Notes: generated from the sequence alone by a model not told the origin. A DNA stretch of 49,974 nucleotides from Clostridiales bacterium (GCA_022769795.1 JALEIQ010000069.1:1-49974), one strand, 5' to 3'; positions 15,671 to 25,213 are shown, counted from the stretch's first letter. Translations and numbers: made by a program.

Positions 15671-17047
15671 TCAAACCACCCTGCGGTCGAGCCATTTATC
15701 CCCGCGGTAGCGCGTTACAAAGAACGCGGCGCGCGCCACCCAATCCAGGTACATCGCCATCCAAACGCCCAAAAGCCCCATTCCAAGCCAGGACACAAAC
15801 AAATAGCTCGCGCCTATGCGGCATATCCACATGCTCAGCACGCTTACCGTCATCGTAAAGCGCGCGTCGCCCGCGGCGCGCAGAGCGTTGGGAACCGTAA
15901 AGCTGGCAGGCCAGAATAGAACCGCGGCAACCGCAAAGGTACGCAGCACCCTCTCCGACGCATCCAGGCCCTCCGCGCTCAGGTTAAACACGCCCGCAAG
16001 CGGCCTGGCAAAGAAGAACAAGCCAATATTGATTACCAGCATAGAGCCGTATACCACTTTAAACAGCTTTCCGGCATAATAACGCGCCTGCCGCCTGTCG
16101 CCCGCGCCAACGCACTGCCCCACCACCGCGACCATGGCCAGCCCAATCGCCGTGCCCGGCAGGTTGCACAGGCTGCCAATGTTGCTGGAAACCGCGTTTG
16201 CGGCGATAATGCTTTCGCCAAGGCCGCTCACCAGGCCCGCCACCAGCAGCTTGCCAACATGAAACATGCTGTTTTCCAGCCCGTTGGGAAGCCCCAGCCC
16301 AAAAATGCGCTTAATCATGGGAAAATCCGGCTCCGGGCGCGTGGGCCTGACCAAATGAATGGGCGATTGCCGTTGCAGCAGTAGCCGGATCATCACCGCC
16401 GCGCCCAGCATGCGTGAAACCAGCGAGGCCACGCCCGCGCCAGCAACCTCCATGCCAAAGCCGTAAATCAGCAGCGCGTTGCCCGCCACATTGGCCACGT
16501 TCATCATCAGCGACGTGTACATGCTGGCCTTGCTGTTGCTCATGGCGCGCAAAAGCGCCGCTCCGCCATTGTACAGCGCCAGCGCGGGATAGCTTAGCGC
16601 CGAAAGGAACAGATACGTGCGGCAGTACGCCATGGTGCTTTCCGAGAGAGAACCAAAGCACAGGCGCAAAATGGAATCGGAAAACGCTATGGCCGCCGCG
16701 CCGATTCCCAGCGCCAGCAGCAGGGATACGTACATAAGCTGCTTGGCGGCATTGCAGGCGCTGCCCTGCTCGCGCTTTCCCAAATACTGCGCCGCCACAA
16801 CCGCGCCGCCCGTCGCCATAGCGGAAAAAAGCTGGGTCAGCAGCACGTTGATGCTGTCCACCAGCGATATGGCGCTTACCGCGCTTTCCGAAATATTGCT
16901 CACCATCACTGTGTCCGCCATGCCGATAAGCAGCGCCAAGAACTGCTCGATCACCAGCGGAACAATCAGCCGTACAAGATCGCGGTTTGTAAATAGCTTT
17001 TCTTCATCTGGAATGTTCGTTGGAAACACCTTCCCGCTTTTGACCAT
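15671..17047 (-). CDS. MATE family efflux transporter (paralogue 1)
   Basis: 12-TM-like hydrophobic pattern and the typical MATE N-terminus (...LVRLIVPLVIEQFLALLIGMADTVMV). ATG 17047 overlaps the upstream gene by 44 nt and has no RBS, so the start is uncertain (GTG 17029 is an alternative). Confidence 0.8.
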   Translation of the reverse strand: MVKSGKVFPTNIPDEEKLFTNRDLVRLIVPLVIEQFLALLIGMADTVMVSNISESAVSAISLVDSINVLLTQLFSAMATGGAVVAAQYLGKREQGSACNAAKQLMYVSLLLALGIGAAAIAFSDSILRLCFGSLSESTMAYCRTYLFLSALSYPALALYNGGAALLRAMSNSKASMYTSLMMNVANVAGNALLIYGFGMEVAGAGVASLVSRMLGAAVMIRLLLQRQSPIHLVRPTRPEPDFPMIKRIFGLGLPNGLENSMFHVGKLLVAGLVSGLGESIIAANAVSSNIGSLCNLPGTAIGLAMVAVVGQCVGAGDRRQARYYAGKLFKVVYGSMLVINIGLFFFARPLAGVFNLSAEGLDASERVLRTFAVAAVLFWPASFTVPNALRAAGDARFTMTVSVLSMWICRIGASYLFVSWLGMGLLGVWMAMYLDWVARAAFFVTRYRGDKWLDRRVV

Positions 17048-18071
17048 GCCTGCGAAGCTGGTTCACATTCTCCGCCATGGTAAGCAGCACGCCGGCCAAA
17101 ATGCTTAAATAGTAGGTGGAGAACCTCCAAAGCAGCAGCGCCACAAAAAGCTGCGCATCAGGGAAAATATGCTTGAACAGCACGGCAAAGCCGCCCTCCT
17201 GCGCGCCGCTGGCTCCTGGCAGAGGCGTGTAGCTGGCCCCGATATACAAAAGAACGCCCATTGTAATCAGCTCGCCCGTGGAAGCGCCGCTCAGGCCAAA
17301 GGCATGGTAGATCGCCAAAATCACCAGCATCAGGGACAGTAACTGCCCAAGCGCGATCAGGCACTGAATCAGCACATCCTTTGGGTGGCGGATCACCAGA
17401 TGCACGCTGTCCAAAAAGCTTTGGCAATGGTTTTCCCATTTGGCTCTGGAAGCCTCCGGGTTCTTGCAGATGCGCAGGCGCATCCCAATGCGGATGCACC
17501 ATTCAATTACCTTGCGCACGGCGCGGCGGCTGATGGCCATCAGAGCCACCATGGCAATCGAAAAGAAATTGACCACATAGCCCAATAGAACAAACCATGT
17601 GCTGCCCTGCAAATGCGCGCCCACAAAGCCCGCATGGCTCATCCACAGCACAGCGCCCGTAATCAGCAGCACCGCCTGGAACACAATAAACTTAACCGCC
17701 ATTGCCGAGCCGCTGATGCCGATAGGCACGCCGCACTTGCTCAGCCGGTACATTTCCATCGGCTGCCCGCCCGTCGCTCCCGGCGTGATGTTGCTGTAAT
17801 AAATGCCCGTCATGGCGGCGTGCAGGCTTTGCCTCAGCTTGACGGGATATCCCTGCATATGCAGGAAGTGATGCACCGCCAGCGCGTCCATCAGCACATA
17901 GAGCACCCAGCTAAGCAGGCACAGCAGCAGCAAAACGGGGCTTAACGTACTCAGGGCCTGGCCTAGGGCCTCAATGTCGTTGCCGCTAAAGCCTATGTAC
18001 AGCACCACGCCCAACGTAATCAGCAGAAACAAAATGCTGAAGATCCGTTCAAAATTGGGTTTTTTGGCCAT
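17004..18071 (-). CDS. Flippase-like membrane protein (lysylphosphatidylglycerol-synthase TM-region family, UPF0104)
   Basis: Polytopic membrane protein carrying the repeated family motifs TPGATGGQP and LPGASGAQEGGF. RBS GGGAG precedes the start. Confidence 0.7.
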   Translation of the reverse strand: MAKKPNFERIFSILFLLITLGVVLYIGFSGNDIEALGQALSTLSPVLLLLCLLSWVLYVLMDALAVHHFLHMQGYPVKLRQSLHAAMTGIYYSNITPGATGGQPMEMYRLSKCGVPIGISGSAMAVKFIVFQAVLLITGAVLWMSHAGFVGAHLQGSTWFVLLGYVVNFFSIAMVALMAISRRAVRKVIEWCIRIGMRLRICKNPEASRAKWENHCQSFLDSVHLVIRHPKDVLIQCLIALGQLLSLMLVILAIYHAFGLSGASTGELITMGVLLYIGASYTPLPGASGAQEGGFAVLFKHIFPDAQLFVALLLWRFSTYYLSILAGVLLTMAENVNQLRRHGQKREGVSNEHSR

Positions 18072-18116
18072 GCTCTAACTCCCGTTCACAAAATCGGCAC
18101 CACAAAGGCCCAAAGT

Positions 18117-18145
18117 AGTATACCATAGTTTTAATGGCATGACAA
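18117..18145 (-). promoter_or_regulatory. Sigma-A promoter of the flippase-like/MATE operon
   Basis: On the - strand: TTGTCA, 17-nt spacer, TATACT, with TGg (extended -10). Confidence 0.5.
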
Positions 18146-18188
18146 TGCGGCGCGCACCGCAGGAAGCGAGCAAAATGTTTTCTGCCTA

Positions 18189-18217
18189 TTGACAATACGC
18201 CCCGGCGCAGGTATACT
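18189..18217 (+). promoter_or_regulatory. Sigma-A promoter of the zur-znu operon
   Basis: TTGACA (18189-18194), 17-nt spacer, TATACT (18212-18217). Confidence 0.6.
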
Positions 18218-18225
18218 GCAAATTC

Positions 18226-18244
18226 GAAAATGATTTTCATTTTC
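18226..18244. promoter_or_regulatory. Fur-family (Zur) box
   Basis: GAAAATGATTTTCATTTTC is an 8-3-8 perfect inverted repeat. It matches 15/19 positions of the classical Fur box GATAATGATAATCATTATC. It lies immediately downstream of the -10 element. Confidence 0.55.
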
Positions 18245-18280
18245 ATTTCCCTGTATCCCATAGTCTAGGAGGAGATACGC

Positions 18281-18697
18281 ATGCCGCAGCGCGGCAACTA
18301 TCAAACCCGGCAGCAGGAAGCCGTAGAGGCGTTGTTCGCCTCCAGAGCCGAGGATTGCCTCACTGCCGAGGAGACCTATCTGGCGCTTCTTTCCGGCGGC
18401 ATGGAGGTAGGCAAAACCACGGTGTACCGCGCCATCGCCCGCCTGTGCCAGGAGGGCAGGCTCAGGCGCTACGCTCCGCATGAAAGCGGCGAAGCGGCGC
18501 GCTTTCAGCATAACCCCTGCACGGAAAGCCACCTGCACATTCGCTGTGTAAACTGTGGAGCGCTTGAGCACCTGCATTGCGACGAGGTGGAAGCCTTCGC
18601 CCTCCATCTCAACCGCCATCACGGCTTTACCCTGGACGAGGGCCAAACCATCCTGTACGGCTGCTGCGAGGCATGCCGCCAAAAACAACGGAAATGA
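18281..18697 (+). CDS. zur: Fur-family metalloregulator, probably Zur
   Basis: Winged-helix N-terminus, HLHIRCVNCG and CCEAC Cys pairs. It is the first gene of a zinc ABC-transporter operon. RBS AGGAGGAG precedes the start. Confidence 0.8.
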   Translation: MPQRGNYQTRQQEAVEALFASRAEDCLTAEETYLALLSGGMEVGKTTVYRAIARLCQEGRLRRYAPHESGEAARFQHNPCTESHLHIRCVNCGALEHLHCDEVEAFALHLNRHHGFTLDEGQTILYGCCEACRQKQRK

Positions 18698-18705
18698 GGA
18701 AACCC

Positions 18706-19683
18706 ATGCCTACGATTTACCCACGCATTCTACGCGTCTGCCTGGCCCTCTGCCTGGCGCTTGCCCTGGCCGTTCCCTTCGGCGCCTTTGCCGGGGAGCC
18801 GCAGCCGGATTCGCAAAGGCTTACCCTGCTTGCGACCATCTTTCCGGCCTATGATTTTGCCCGCCAGCTCGCCTGCGGCACAGCCGATGTTCGCATGCTG
18901 CTGCCGCCAGGCAGCGAAAGCCATTCCTATGAGCCGTCCCCGCAGGATATCATCGCCATTCAGGAGGCCGATCTGTTCCTCTATACGGGCGGTGAAAGCG
19001 ACCATTGGGTGGAGGAAATTCTTGGATCGCTTGGCGACAGCGCGCCGCGCACCTTCCGCCTTACGGACTGCGTATCCCTGCTTGCGGAGGAAACCAGCCT
19101 AAGCATGCAGGCCGAGGAGGGCCATGCGCACACTCATGACGGCCCTGAGGAAGCCGGGCTGGACGAGCATGTATGGACCTCGCCCAAAAACGTCATGCGC
19201 ATTGCACACGCCCTAAGCGGCGTGCTGTGCGAGCTTGCGCCTGACAACGCGCCGCTGTACGCTCAGGCGCTTGCGGACTACCTGCTTGAGCTTGAAGCGC
19301 TTGACGATGCTTTTGCCCAAACCGTTGCCCAGGGAAAGCGCGATCTTATTCTCTTTGGCGACCGCTTTCCCTTTCGCTATTTCGCGCATGACTACCACCT
19401 GCGCTACGACGCGGCCTTTCCCGGATGCAGCGAGGACAGCGAGCCCAGCGTGCGTACCGTTGTGTCCCTGATTAACGCAATCCGTGAGCAGGACATTCCC
19501 GTTGTGTTCTATATCGAATTTTCAAGCCGCCGCACCGCCGGTATTCTGGCTGAGGAAACGGGCGCGAAGCCGCTGCTGTTCCATAGCTGCCACAACGTAT
19601 CCGCTCAGGAGCTTGAAGCCGGCGCTACCTATCTTAGCCTGATGTGGCAAAACGTGAGCGCATTGAAGGAGGCCCTGAACTGA
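18706..19683 (+). CDS. znuA: Metal (zinc) ABC transporter substrate-binding protein, ZnuA/AdcA/TroA-like
   Basis: A signal peptide is present. The His/acidic loop EEGHAHTHDGPEEAGLDEHVW is typical of ZnuA. ATG 18706 follows GAGGAAA; ATG 18694 overlaps the zur stop and is an alternative. Confidence 0.8.
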   Translation: MPTIYPRILRVCLALCLALALAVPFGAFAGEPQPDSQRLTLLATIFPAYDFARQLACGTADVRMLLPPGSESHSYEPSPQDIIAIQEADLFLYTGGESDHWVEEILGSLGDSAPRTFRLTDCVSLLAEETSLSMQAEEGHAHTHDGPEEAGLDEHVWTSPKNVMRIAHALSGVLCELAPDNAPLYAQALADYLLELEALDDAFAQTVAQGKRDLILFGDRFPFRYFAHDYHLRYDAAFPGCSEDSEPSVRTVVSLINAIREQDIPVVFYIEFSSRRTAGILAEETGAKPLLFHSCHNVSAQELEAGATYLSLMWQNVSALKEALN

Positions 19684-20384
19684 TGGCCCTGATCACCTGT
19701 GAAAAAGCCTGCTTTGCATATGAAGGCCGCGTAGTGGTGGATAAGCTGGATTTGGCCATACAGCGCGGCGAATACCTGTGCATCGTTGGGGAAAACGGCT
19801 CCGGCAAAAGCACGCTCGTTAAGGGACTGCTGGGCCTTCTTTCTCCTGTAAGCGGCCGCGTGCTCTATGGCGAGGGCCTGCGCAACTGCGAGATCGGCTA
19901 TCTTCCCCAGCGCACCGAGGTACAAAACGACTTTCCCGCTTCCGTGTGGGAGGTTGTTACCAGCGGCTGCCGGGGGCGCGGCCCCTTCCTAACGGCGGCT
20001 ATGCGCCAAACAGCCAACGAAAACCTGGCCTTGCTGGGCATTTCCGATATTCGTAGCCGCAGCTTTATGCAGCTCAGCGGCGGCCAGCAGCAGCGGGCGC
20101 TGCTGGCGCGCGCCCTGTGCGCCACCAAAAGCCTGCTCCTGCTCGACGAGCCTGTGGCCGGGCTTGACCCCGTTGTGACCCGTGAAATGTATGGCGTGGT
20201 TTCCATGCTCAACCATACCCGCGGGCTCACCGTAGTGATGATCTCGCATGATATCGCCGCGGCCCTGCAATATGCGGATCGTATTTTGCACCTGTCGCAT
20301 GAAGGTTCCTTTCTTGGAACGTCGGCGGCATACAGACAATCTCCCCTTGGGCTGGCTTTTGCAGGAGGCGAGCGGCATGCTTGA
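19683..20384 (+). CDS. znuC: Metal ABC transporter ATP-binding protein
   Basis: Walker A GENGSGKST, signature LSGGQQQR and Walker B LLLLDEP. The ATG overlaps the znuA stop. Confidence 0.85.
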   Translation: MALITCEKACFAYEGRVVVDKLDLAIQRGEYLCIVGENGSGKSTLVKGLLGLLSPVSGRVLYGEGLRNCEIGYLPQRTEVQNDFPASVWEVVTSGCRGRGPFLTAAMRQTANENLALLGISDIRSRSFMQLSGGQQQRALLARALCATKSLLLLDEPVAGLDPVVTREMYGVVSMLNHTRGLTVVMISHDIAAALQYADRILHLSHEGSFLGTSAAYRQSPLGLAFAGGERHA

Positions 20385-21192
20385 GATGCTTTCCACCATG
20401 TTTAGCTATCACTTTATGGTACGGGCGCTCATCGTGGGCGTGCTTGTATCGCTGTGCGCGGCGCTTCTGGGTGTGAGCCTTGTGCTGAAGCGCTACTCCA
20501 TGATTGGCGACGGCCTCAGCCATGTGGGCTTCGGCTCGCTGGCGGTGGCAACGGCCATGGGCCTTTCCCCTATGGCCGTCACCATTCCCGTGGTGGTGGT
20601 CTCCGCCTTCCTACTGCTGCGCCTGAGCAACCGGGGCAAGCTCAAGGGCGACGCGGCTATCGCCATGATTTCCACCGGCGCGCTGGCCGTAGGCGTAATC
20701 GTGCTTTCGCTCAGCACAGGCATGACCAGCGATGTGAACAATTACCTTTTTGGCAGCGTGCTGGCCATGAGCGCGTCGGATGTGCGGCTGAGCGTCGTGC
20801 TGGCGGCTGTGGTGCTTGTTCTGTTCGCGGTGTTTTACCGCCGCATCTTTGCCGTCACGTTTGATGAAACCTTTGCCCGCGCCACAGGCGGCCATGCGGA
20901 GTGGTATAACATGCTTTTGGCCCTTCTCACAGCCGTTACCATCGTGCTTGGCATGCGGGTAATGGGAGCCATGCTTATTTCCAGCCTGGTAATCTTCCCC
21001 GCCCTTACGGCCATGCGCGTGTGCCGCAGCTTTCGCGGCGTTACGCTATGCGCGGCAGCCGTTGCGGTTGTGTGCTATTTTGTGGGTCTATGCGGCAGCT
21101 ATTGGCTTTCCACCCCCGCCGGGGCCAGCGTTGTGGTGGTAAACATCCTGGCCTTCCTGGTGTTTGCCGCCATCGCAAAGCTGCGGCGGTAA
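20377..21192 (+). CDS. znuB: Metal ABC transporter permease
   Basis: Polytopic ABC-3-type permease. ATG 20377 follows GCAGGAGG and overlaps the znuC end by 8 nt. Confidence 0.85.
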   Translation: MLEMLSTMFSYHFMVRALIVGVLVSLCAALLGVSLVLKRYSMIGDGLSHVGFGSLAVATAMGLSPMAVTIPVVVVSAFLLLRLSNRGKLKGDAAIAMISTGALAVGVIVLSLSTGMTSDVNNYLFGSVLAMSASDVRLSVVLAAVVLVLFAVFYRRIFAVTFDETFARATGGHAEWYNMLLALLTAVTIVLGMRVMGAMLISSLVIFPALTAMRVCRSFRGVTLCAAAVAVVCYFVGLCGSYWLSTPAGASVVVVNILAFLVFAAIAKLRR

Positions 21193-21211
21193 GGCATTCC
21201 CTGCCAGGCAA

Positions 21212-21254
21212 AAAACGCCCGCCCCTGACTCATGCCGTCAGGAGCGGGCGTTTT
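21212..21254. terminator. Bidirectional intrinsic terminator
   Basis: AAAACGCCCGC..CCTGAC / GTCAGG..GCGGGCGTTTT. The A-run and T-run flank the stem, so it can terminate both convergent transcripts. Confidence 0.7.
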
Positions 21255-21269
21255 ACAATTCCCTTTTGA

Positions 21270-22796
21270 TTATTCCAGGGACGCAAACAGCAGCAACTCA
21301 AAGCAGGGATAGCTGGCCTCGTTCTCGTCCTCGCCCTCTACGCCGGTGCTTAGGCTCATACCGGCGCAAGTGCCGTACATCATTACGCGCTCTCCCACCT
21401 CAAAGGCGGGCTTTTCATCCGTTGTAACCAGAATAAAGTTGGTATACTGCTTGTTCTGCCTGGCAAGCGCCATACGCACAATATACTCGTCCCCGGATTG
21501 GCCGATATCGGTTATGTAGGCCTTATATCCCATAATGCGGCCCTCATAGCCCTCCATCTTCTTTATAAGCTGGGAATAGGAAGGCTTAACCGCCTGCTTG
21601 CTCAGGTAATCCATCATATCCGCGTCCGTCCACTTGCGGTTGAAGCTGAAGGTAAAGCGCCTGTCCGCCAGGCCCTTTTTGCTGAACACCAGGATGGCCT
21701 CGTAGGGGCCTTCCTCCTTCGCCTCCAGGGTCAGGGAGAACTTGCCAGCCGTAGTAACGCGCTTGGTCATTACGGACTCGCCGTTTAAAAACACCTGAAT
21801 GCTTGCTCCCGGCTCGCCCGTACCGCTGATTTTTACATCATCCTCGGTAACGGTGGCGGCGGGCTCATTGATGAAATTCACCGTCAGCAACGTTCGCTGG
21901 TAGGTGACGGGATAGGCCAGCTCCACCACGTCCTCGCCCTGGTATTCGCCGGTGATGGTAATCAGGAACACACCCTCCCTGGGCAGCTTAATGGGCAGGG
22001 TGAACTTGCCGTTCTTCCCCACGGTTACATCCGTCACAACGGGCTCGGGGTAGCTGAGGCCCATGACCACGGCGGTCAGCTTCACGCCCTCGGCGGCCGT
22101 ACCCTTGATATCGAAGCTCTGCTCGTTGCTTTCCGTGGGAGGCGCGTCAGAAATGTTGATTTTTGCGCTGGCCGCAGGCGGAAGGGGCTTGATCTCAATA
22201 AAATTGAAGGTTTCCCAAATCTTGTTGAGATTGTTGTTATCCTTGTTTGTGGTAGCGCGGCCATAAATCTGCATATCAAAATCGATTTCATAGCCGTTGC
22301 GGATGGTGCGGCGCATAAAACCGCGATAGAGAATCTCGCCGTTATCGCGCCGGATGTAGCGCAGCACCAGGAAACGCCCGTTGGCCGTGTTTTTCCATTC
22401 GGACGTGGAAAAGTCGTATCCCTCGTATTCGTTATCGGGATAATGGCTGGTACGGTAATCGCCGCGCACCTCGGTGGATTGCTCATTCACGTCGAAAATA
22501 TTCGCGGAACGTTCATTCTGTACGGCCCGCAGCTCAAAACACGCGTCATATTCCGCTGACCATGCCTGTAACAGCACGCCACGCTTCTTAAAATCGCTCT
22601 GAGTGTTTTCAACGCTTGTGCCGCGGGATTCCAGCCATGCGGCGTAATCTCCCAGGTTCTCCTCCGTCAGCACAATATAGCTGTCCGGCACCTCCATGCT
22701 GGCGAGCAGGTCGTCAAAAACATATGTTTCCGCCACGGCGGGCGCGCATATCAGCAGCATGAGCCCCACCAGCAGGCACGGCAAAAGTTTGCGCAT
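21270..22796 (-). CDS. Secreted hypothetical protein with Ig-like repeats
   Basis: Signal peptide MRKLLPCLLVGLMLLICAPAVA. There are two beta-rich repeats of the form G(T/E)...GKF(T/S)L...EG. I recognise no family. Confidence 0.6.
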   Translation of the reverse strand: MRKLLPCLLVGLMLLICAPAVAETYVFDDLLASMEVPDSYIVLTEENLGDYAAWLESRGTSVENTQSDFKKRGVLLQAWSAEYDACFELRAVQNERSANIFDVNEQSTEVRGDYRTSHYPDNEYEGYDFSTSEWKNTANGRFLVLRYIRRDNGEILYRGFMRRTIRNGYEIDFDMQIYGRATTNKDNNNLNKIWETFNFIEIKPLPPAASAKINISDAPPTESNEQSFDIKGTAAEGVKLTAVVMGLSYPEPVVTDVTVGKNGKFTLPIKLPREGVFLITITGEYQGEDVVELAYPVTYQRTLLTVNFINEPAATVTEDDVKISGTGEPGASIQVFLNGESVMTKRVTTAGKFSLTLEAKEEGPYEAILVFSKKGLADRRFTFSFNRKWTDADMMDYLSKQAVKPSYSQLIKKMEGYEGRIMGYKAYITDIGQSGDEYIVRMALARQNKQYTNFILVTTDEKPAFEVGERVMMYGTCAGMSLSTGVEGEDENEASYPCFELLLFASLE

Positions 22797-22913
22797 GGTA
22801 TCACATCCTTAACTCTCTTACGCATAGGCACACGTGTCCTATATTGCTCTTTTTGATTGTATCACAGATGCGCTGGATAAGGCAACAAAACGCGCGCAAG
22901 ATTTTACACCTGT

Positions 22914-22942
22914 TTGACGGATGGGAAAACATGTTGTATCAT
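22914..22942 (+). promoter_or_regulatory. Sigma-A promoter of the aldo/keto reductase gene
   Basis: TTGACG, 17-nt spacer, TATCAT. Confidence 0.4.
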
Positions 22943-22996
22943 AATTTTCCGAAAAGAAAACTTTTCCGGTGCGTTTTCGAAAGGATGTGCTTTTCT

Positions 22997-24091
22997 ATGA
23001 AGAACCTTGGCTTTGGCCTGATGCGCCTGCCCATGCAGGGCGAGGAAGTGGATATTTACGAGCTCACGCGCATGGTAGATTTGTTTTTGCAGCGTGGCTT
23101 TACCTATTTTGACACCGCCTGGGGCTACACCGGGGGCAAAAGCGAAAAGGCGGTAAAGACCGTGCTGGTAGACCGCTACCCGCGCGAGCGCTTCCAGCTT
23201 GCCACCAAACTGCCCGCCTGGGCGGGAGCCAAAAACGCCGAAGAAGCGCGCGCGATGCTTGCAACCAGCCTGGAACGCACAGGCGCGGGATACTTCGATT
23301 ACTACCTGCTGCACAACCTGGGCGGAACGCGCACCAAGCTGTTTGAAGATTACGGCATTTGGGATTTTCTGCGCGAGCAAAAGGAAAAGGGCATTATCCG
23401 CAAGCTGGGTTTTTCCTTTCACGATAAGGCCGATGTGCTGGACGGCATTCTAAAGGCCCATCCTGACGTGGATTTTGTGCAGCTTCAAATCAACTATGCG
23501 GATTGGGACAGCCCCACCGTGCAATCCCGCCTTTGCTACGAAACGGCGCGCGCCCACGGCAAGCCCATTATTGTGATGGAGCCCGTCAAGGGCGGCTCGC
23601 TTGCAAACCTCCCCAGGGAGGCTGCCCAGCCCATGCTCAGCTTTGCGCCGCAGCGTTCTCTGTCCAGCTGGGCGGTGCGCTTCGCCGCCTCGCTGGAAGG
23701 GGTGTTCATGGTGCTGAGCGGCATGTCCACCCTCGCCCAGGTGGAGGATAACACCTCCTATATGGCCGGGTTTGCGCCTCTTAGCGCCCAGGAACTGGAT
23801 GTAATCAGGGAAACCCAGGCCGCCCTGGACAAGCTGGACCGCATTCCCTGCACGGACTGCCGCTATTGCCTGAAGGGCTGTCCCAAGGGCATAGCCATCG
23901 CGCCCATCTTCTCCGCCATAAACACGCTGAAGGTATTCAACAACCTGGAGGGGGCCAAGCGCAGCTACGGCTTTGCCACAGCTGACGTGACCCCGGAGGC
24001 ATGCATCCGTTGCGGTCAGTGCGAAAGCGTATGCCCGCAGCACATTCCGATTATCTCGGAATTGGAAAACGCCGCGCGCCTCCTGGGCTAA
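22997..24091 (+). CDS. Aldo/keto reductase with C-terminal 4Fe-4S ferredoxin-type domain
   Basis: MKNLGFGLMRLP...FTYFDTAWGYTGGKSE (AKR N-terminus), plus CTDCRYCLKGCP and CIRCGQCESVCP clusters. The start is M52 of the ORF track. Confidence 0.8.
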   Translation: MKNLGFGLMRLPMQGEEVDIYELTRMVDLFLQRGFTYFDTAWGYTGGKSEKAVKTVLVDRYPRERFQLATKLPAWAGAKNAEEARAMLATSLERTGAGYFDYYLLHNLGGTRTKLFEDYGIWDFLREQKEKGIIRKLGFSFHDKADVLDGILKAHPDVDFVQLQINYADWDSPTVQSRLCYETARAHGKPIIVMEPVKGGSLANLPREAAQPMLSFAPQRSLSSWAVRFAASLEGVFMVLSGMSTLAQVEDNTSYMAGFAPLSAQELDVIRETQAALDKLDRIPCTDCRYCLKGCPKGIAIAPIFSAINTLKVFNNLEGAKRSYGFATADVTPEACIRCGQCESVCPQHIPIISELENAARLLG

Positions 24092-24146
24092 CGCGGTCAA
24101 AACCGGGCTGTCGCACAAACCGTTTTGAATACACGGTTTTAGTGGC

Positions 24147-24186
24147 AAAAATCCGCTTCCAAGCAACGCTTGAGAGCGGATTTTTT
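24147..24186. terminator. Bidirectional intrinsic terminator
   Basis: AAAAATCCGCT..CAAG / CTTG..AGCGGATTTTT, with an A5 run 5' and a T6 run 3'. Confidence 0.65.
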
Positions 24187-24230
24187 GTGCATGATTTCTG
24201 TTGAAAGGCTTTCTGCGACAAGCGCGTTGC

Positions 24231-25046
24231 TTACATCACCTTTTTGAAAAAGCTTGCCGCCAGCCCCGGCCAAACCGCCGCGTCCTCAACCGTGTACTGC
24301 GGCATTTTCACACCCGAGGTAATTTCATTGGCAAGCGCCGCGCCATGCGGTCCAAACGCATAGGCGTGCAGCTCCGCCGTTACGCCATGCGCGTGAAGCG
24401 CCTGCGCCATCAGCAGGCTGTTTTCTACCGGCACGGACTGATCCTCAAACGTATGCCATAGGAAGGTGGGCGGGCACTGCTCCGTCACCCATTTTTCCAC
24501 AGAGTATGCCTCATGTGCCTTCGCGTCGCTCTCGCCCGTGAGGCATTCAAAGCTGAGCCTATGGGCATACGCGCCTCCTGTGATGACCGGGTAGCACAGC
24601 GCCATTGCGTTTGGCCGCACGTCCTGCGGCGTAAGCCCCATGTCCTGCCACAGCTCCCCGTGCTGCCACAGCGTGCCCAGGCTGCCAGCCACATGGCCGC
24701 CCGCCGAAAAGCCCATTACCGCGATACGGTCGGGGTTGGTGTGCATAGCGTCCGCCTGCGCGCGTACCCATGCCACGGCGGCCGCCGCGTCCTGCTGGGG
24801 AAGGGGATAGCGGTTGGGAGCTACGCGATACCATGCCACAAAGGCGTTGAAGCCTTCCGTCATAAAGCGCAGGGCTACGGGCTCCGCCTCCCGCTCGCTC
24901 AGCCGCATGTATGCCCCGCCTGGGAAAATGATCACCGCGGGCCTGCGAATTCCGGGATCCACCTCATCCATCGCGTCCGCCACATAACAGTCCAAGGGAA
25001 ACTGCGCCCCGCCGGACGTATTTACCTCTATGCGTTTTGCAATCAT
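24231..25046 (-). CDS. Alpha/beta hydrolase (esterase/lipase-type)
   Basis: [11 protein letters not shown]..., nucleophile elbow GFSAGGH, and a C-terminal His region. RBS GAGGTG precedes the start. Confidence 0.8.
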   Translation of the reverse strand: MIAKRIEVNTSGGAQFPLDCYVADAMDEVDPGIRRPAVIIFPGGAYMRLSEREAEPVALRFMTEGFNAFVAWYRVAPNRYPLPQQDAAAAVAWVRAQADAMHTNPDRIAVMGFSAGGHVAGSLGTLWQHGELWQDMGLTPQDVRPNAMALCYPVITGGAYAHRLSFECLTGESDAKAHEAYSVEKWVTEQCPPTFLWHTFEDQSVPVENSLLMAQALHAHGVTAELHAYAFGPHGAALANEITSGVKMPQYTVEDAAVWPGLAASFFKKVM

Positions 25047-25085
25047 GCCGTTTCACCTCAGCAAACAAGATTTTTTCCAGCGCCT

Positions 25086-25114
25086 ATCATAGCATACCGG
25101 CGCATATTTTCCAA
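25086..25114 (-). promoter_or_regulatory. Sigma-A promoter of the hydrolase gene
   Basis: On the - strand: TTGGAA, 17-nt spacer, TATGAT. Confidence 0.4.
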
Positions 25115-25136
25115 GTGTATTTCCTTTGTATATCTC

Positions 25137-25165
25137 TTGCCAGTACAAAAGCGTTTCGCTATACT
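25137..25165 (+). promoter_or_regulatory. Sigma-A promoter of gltBD
   Basis: TTGCCA (25137-25142), 17-nt spacer, TATACT (25160-25165). Confidence 0.5.
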
Positions 25166-25171
25166 ATAGAT

Positions 25172-25213
25172 GCATGCTCAAAGGTGAGTTCCATCCTTTG
25201 GCATGCTTTTTTT
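25172..25213 (+). terminator. Promoter-proximal terminator-like hairpin plus T7 in the gltB leader
   Basis: GCATGCtCAAAGG (25172-25184) pairs with CCTTTGGCATGC (25195-25206): 12 bp with one bulged T and a 10-nt loop. TTTTTTT follows at 25207-25213. Confidence 0.5.
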
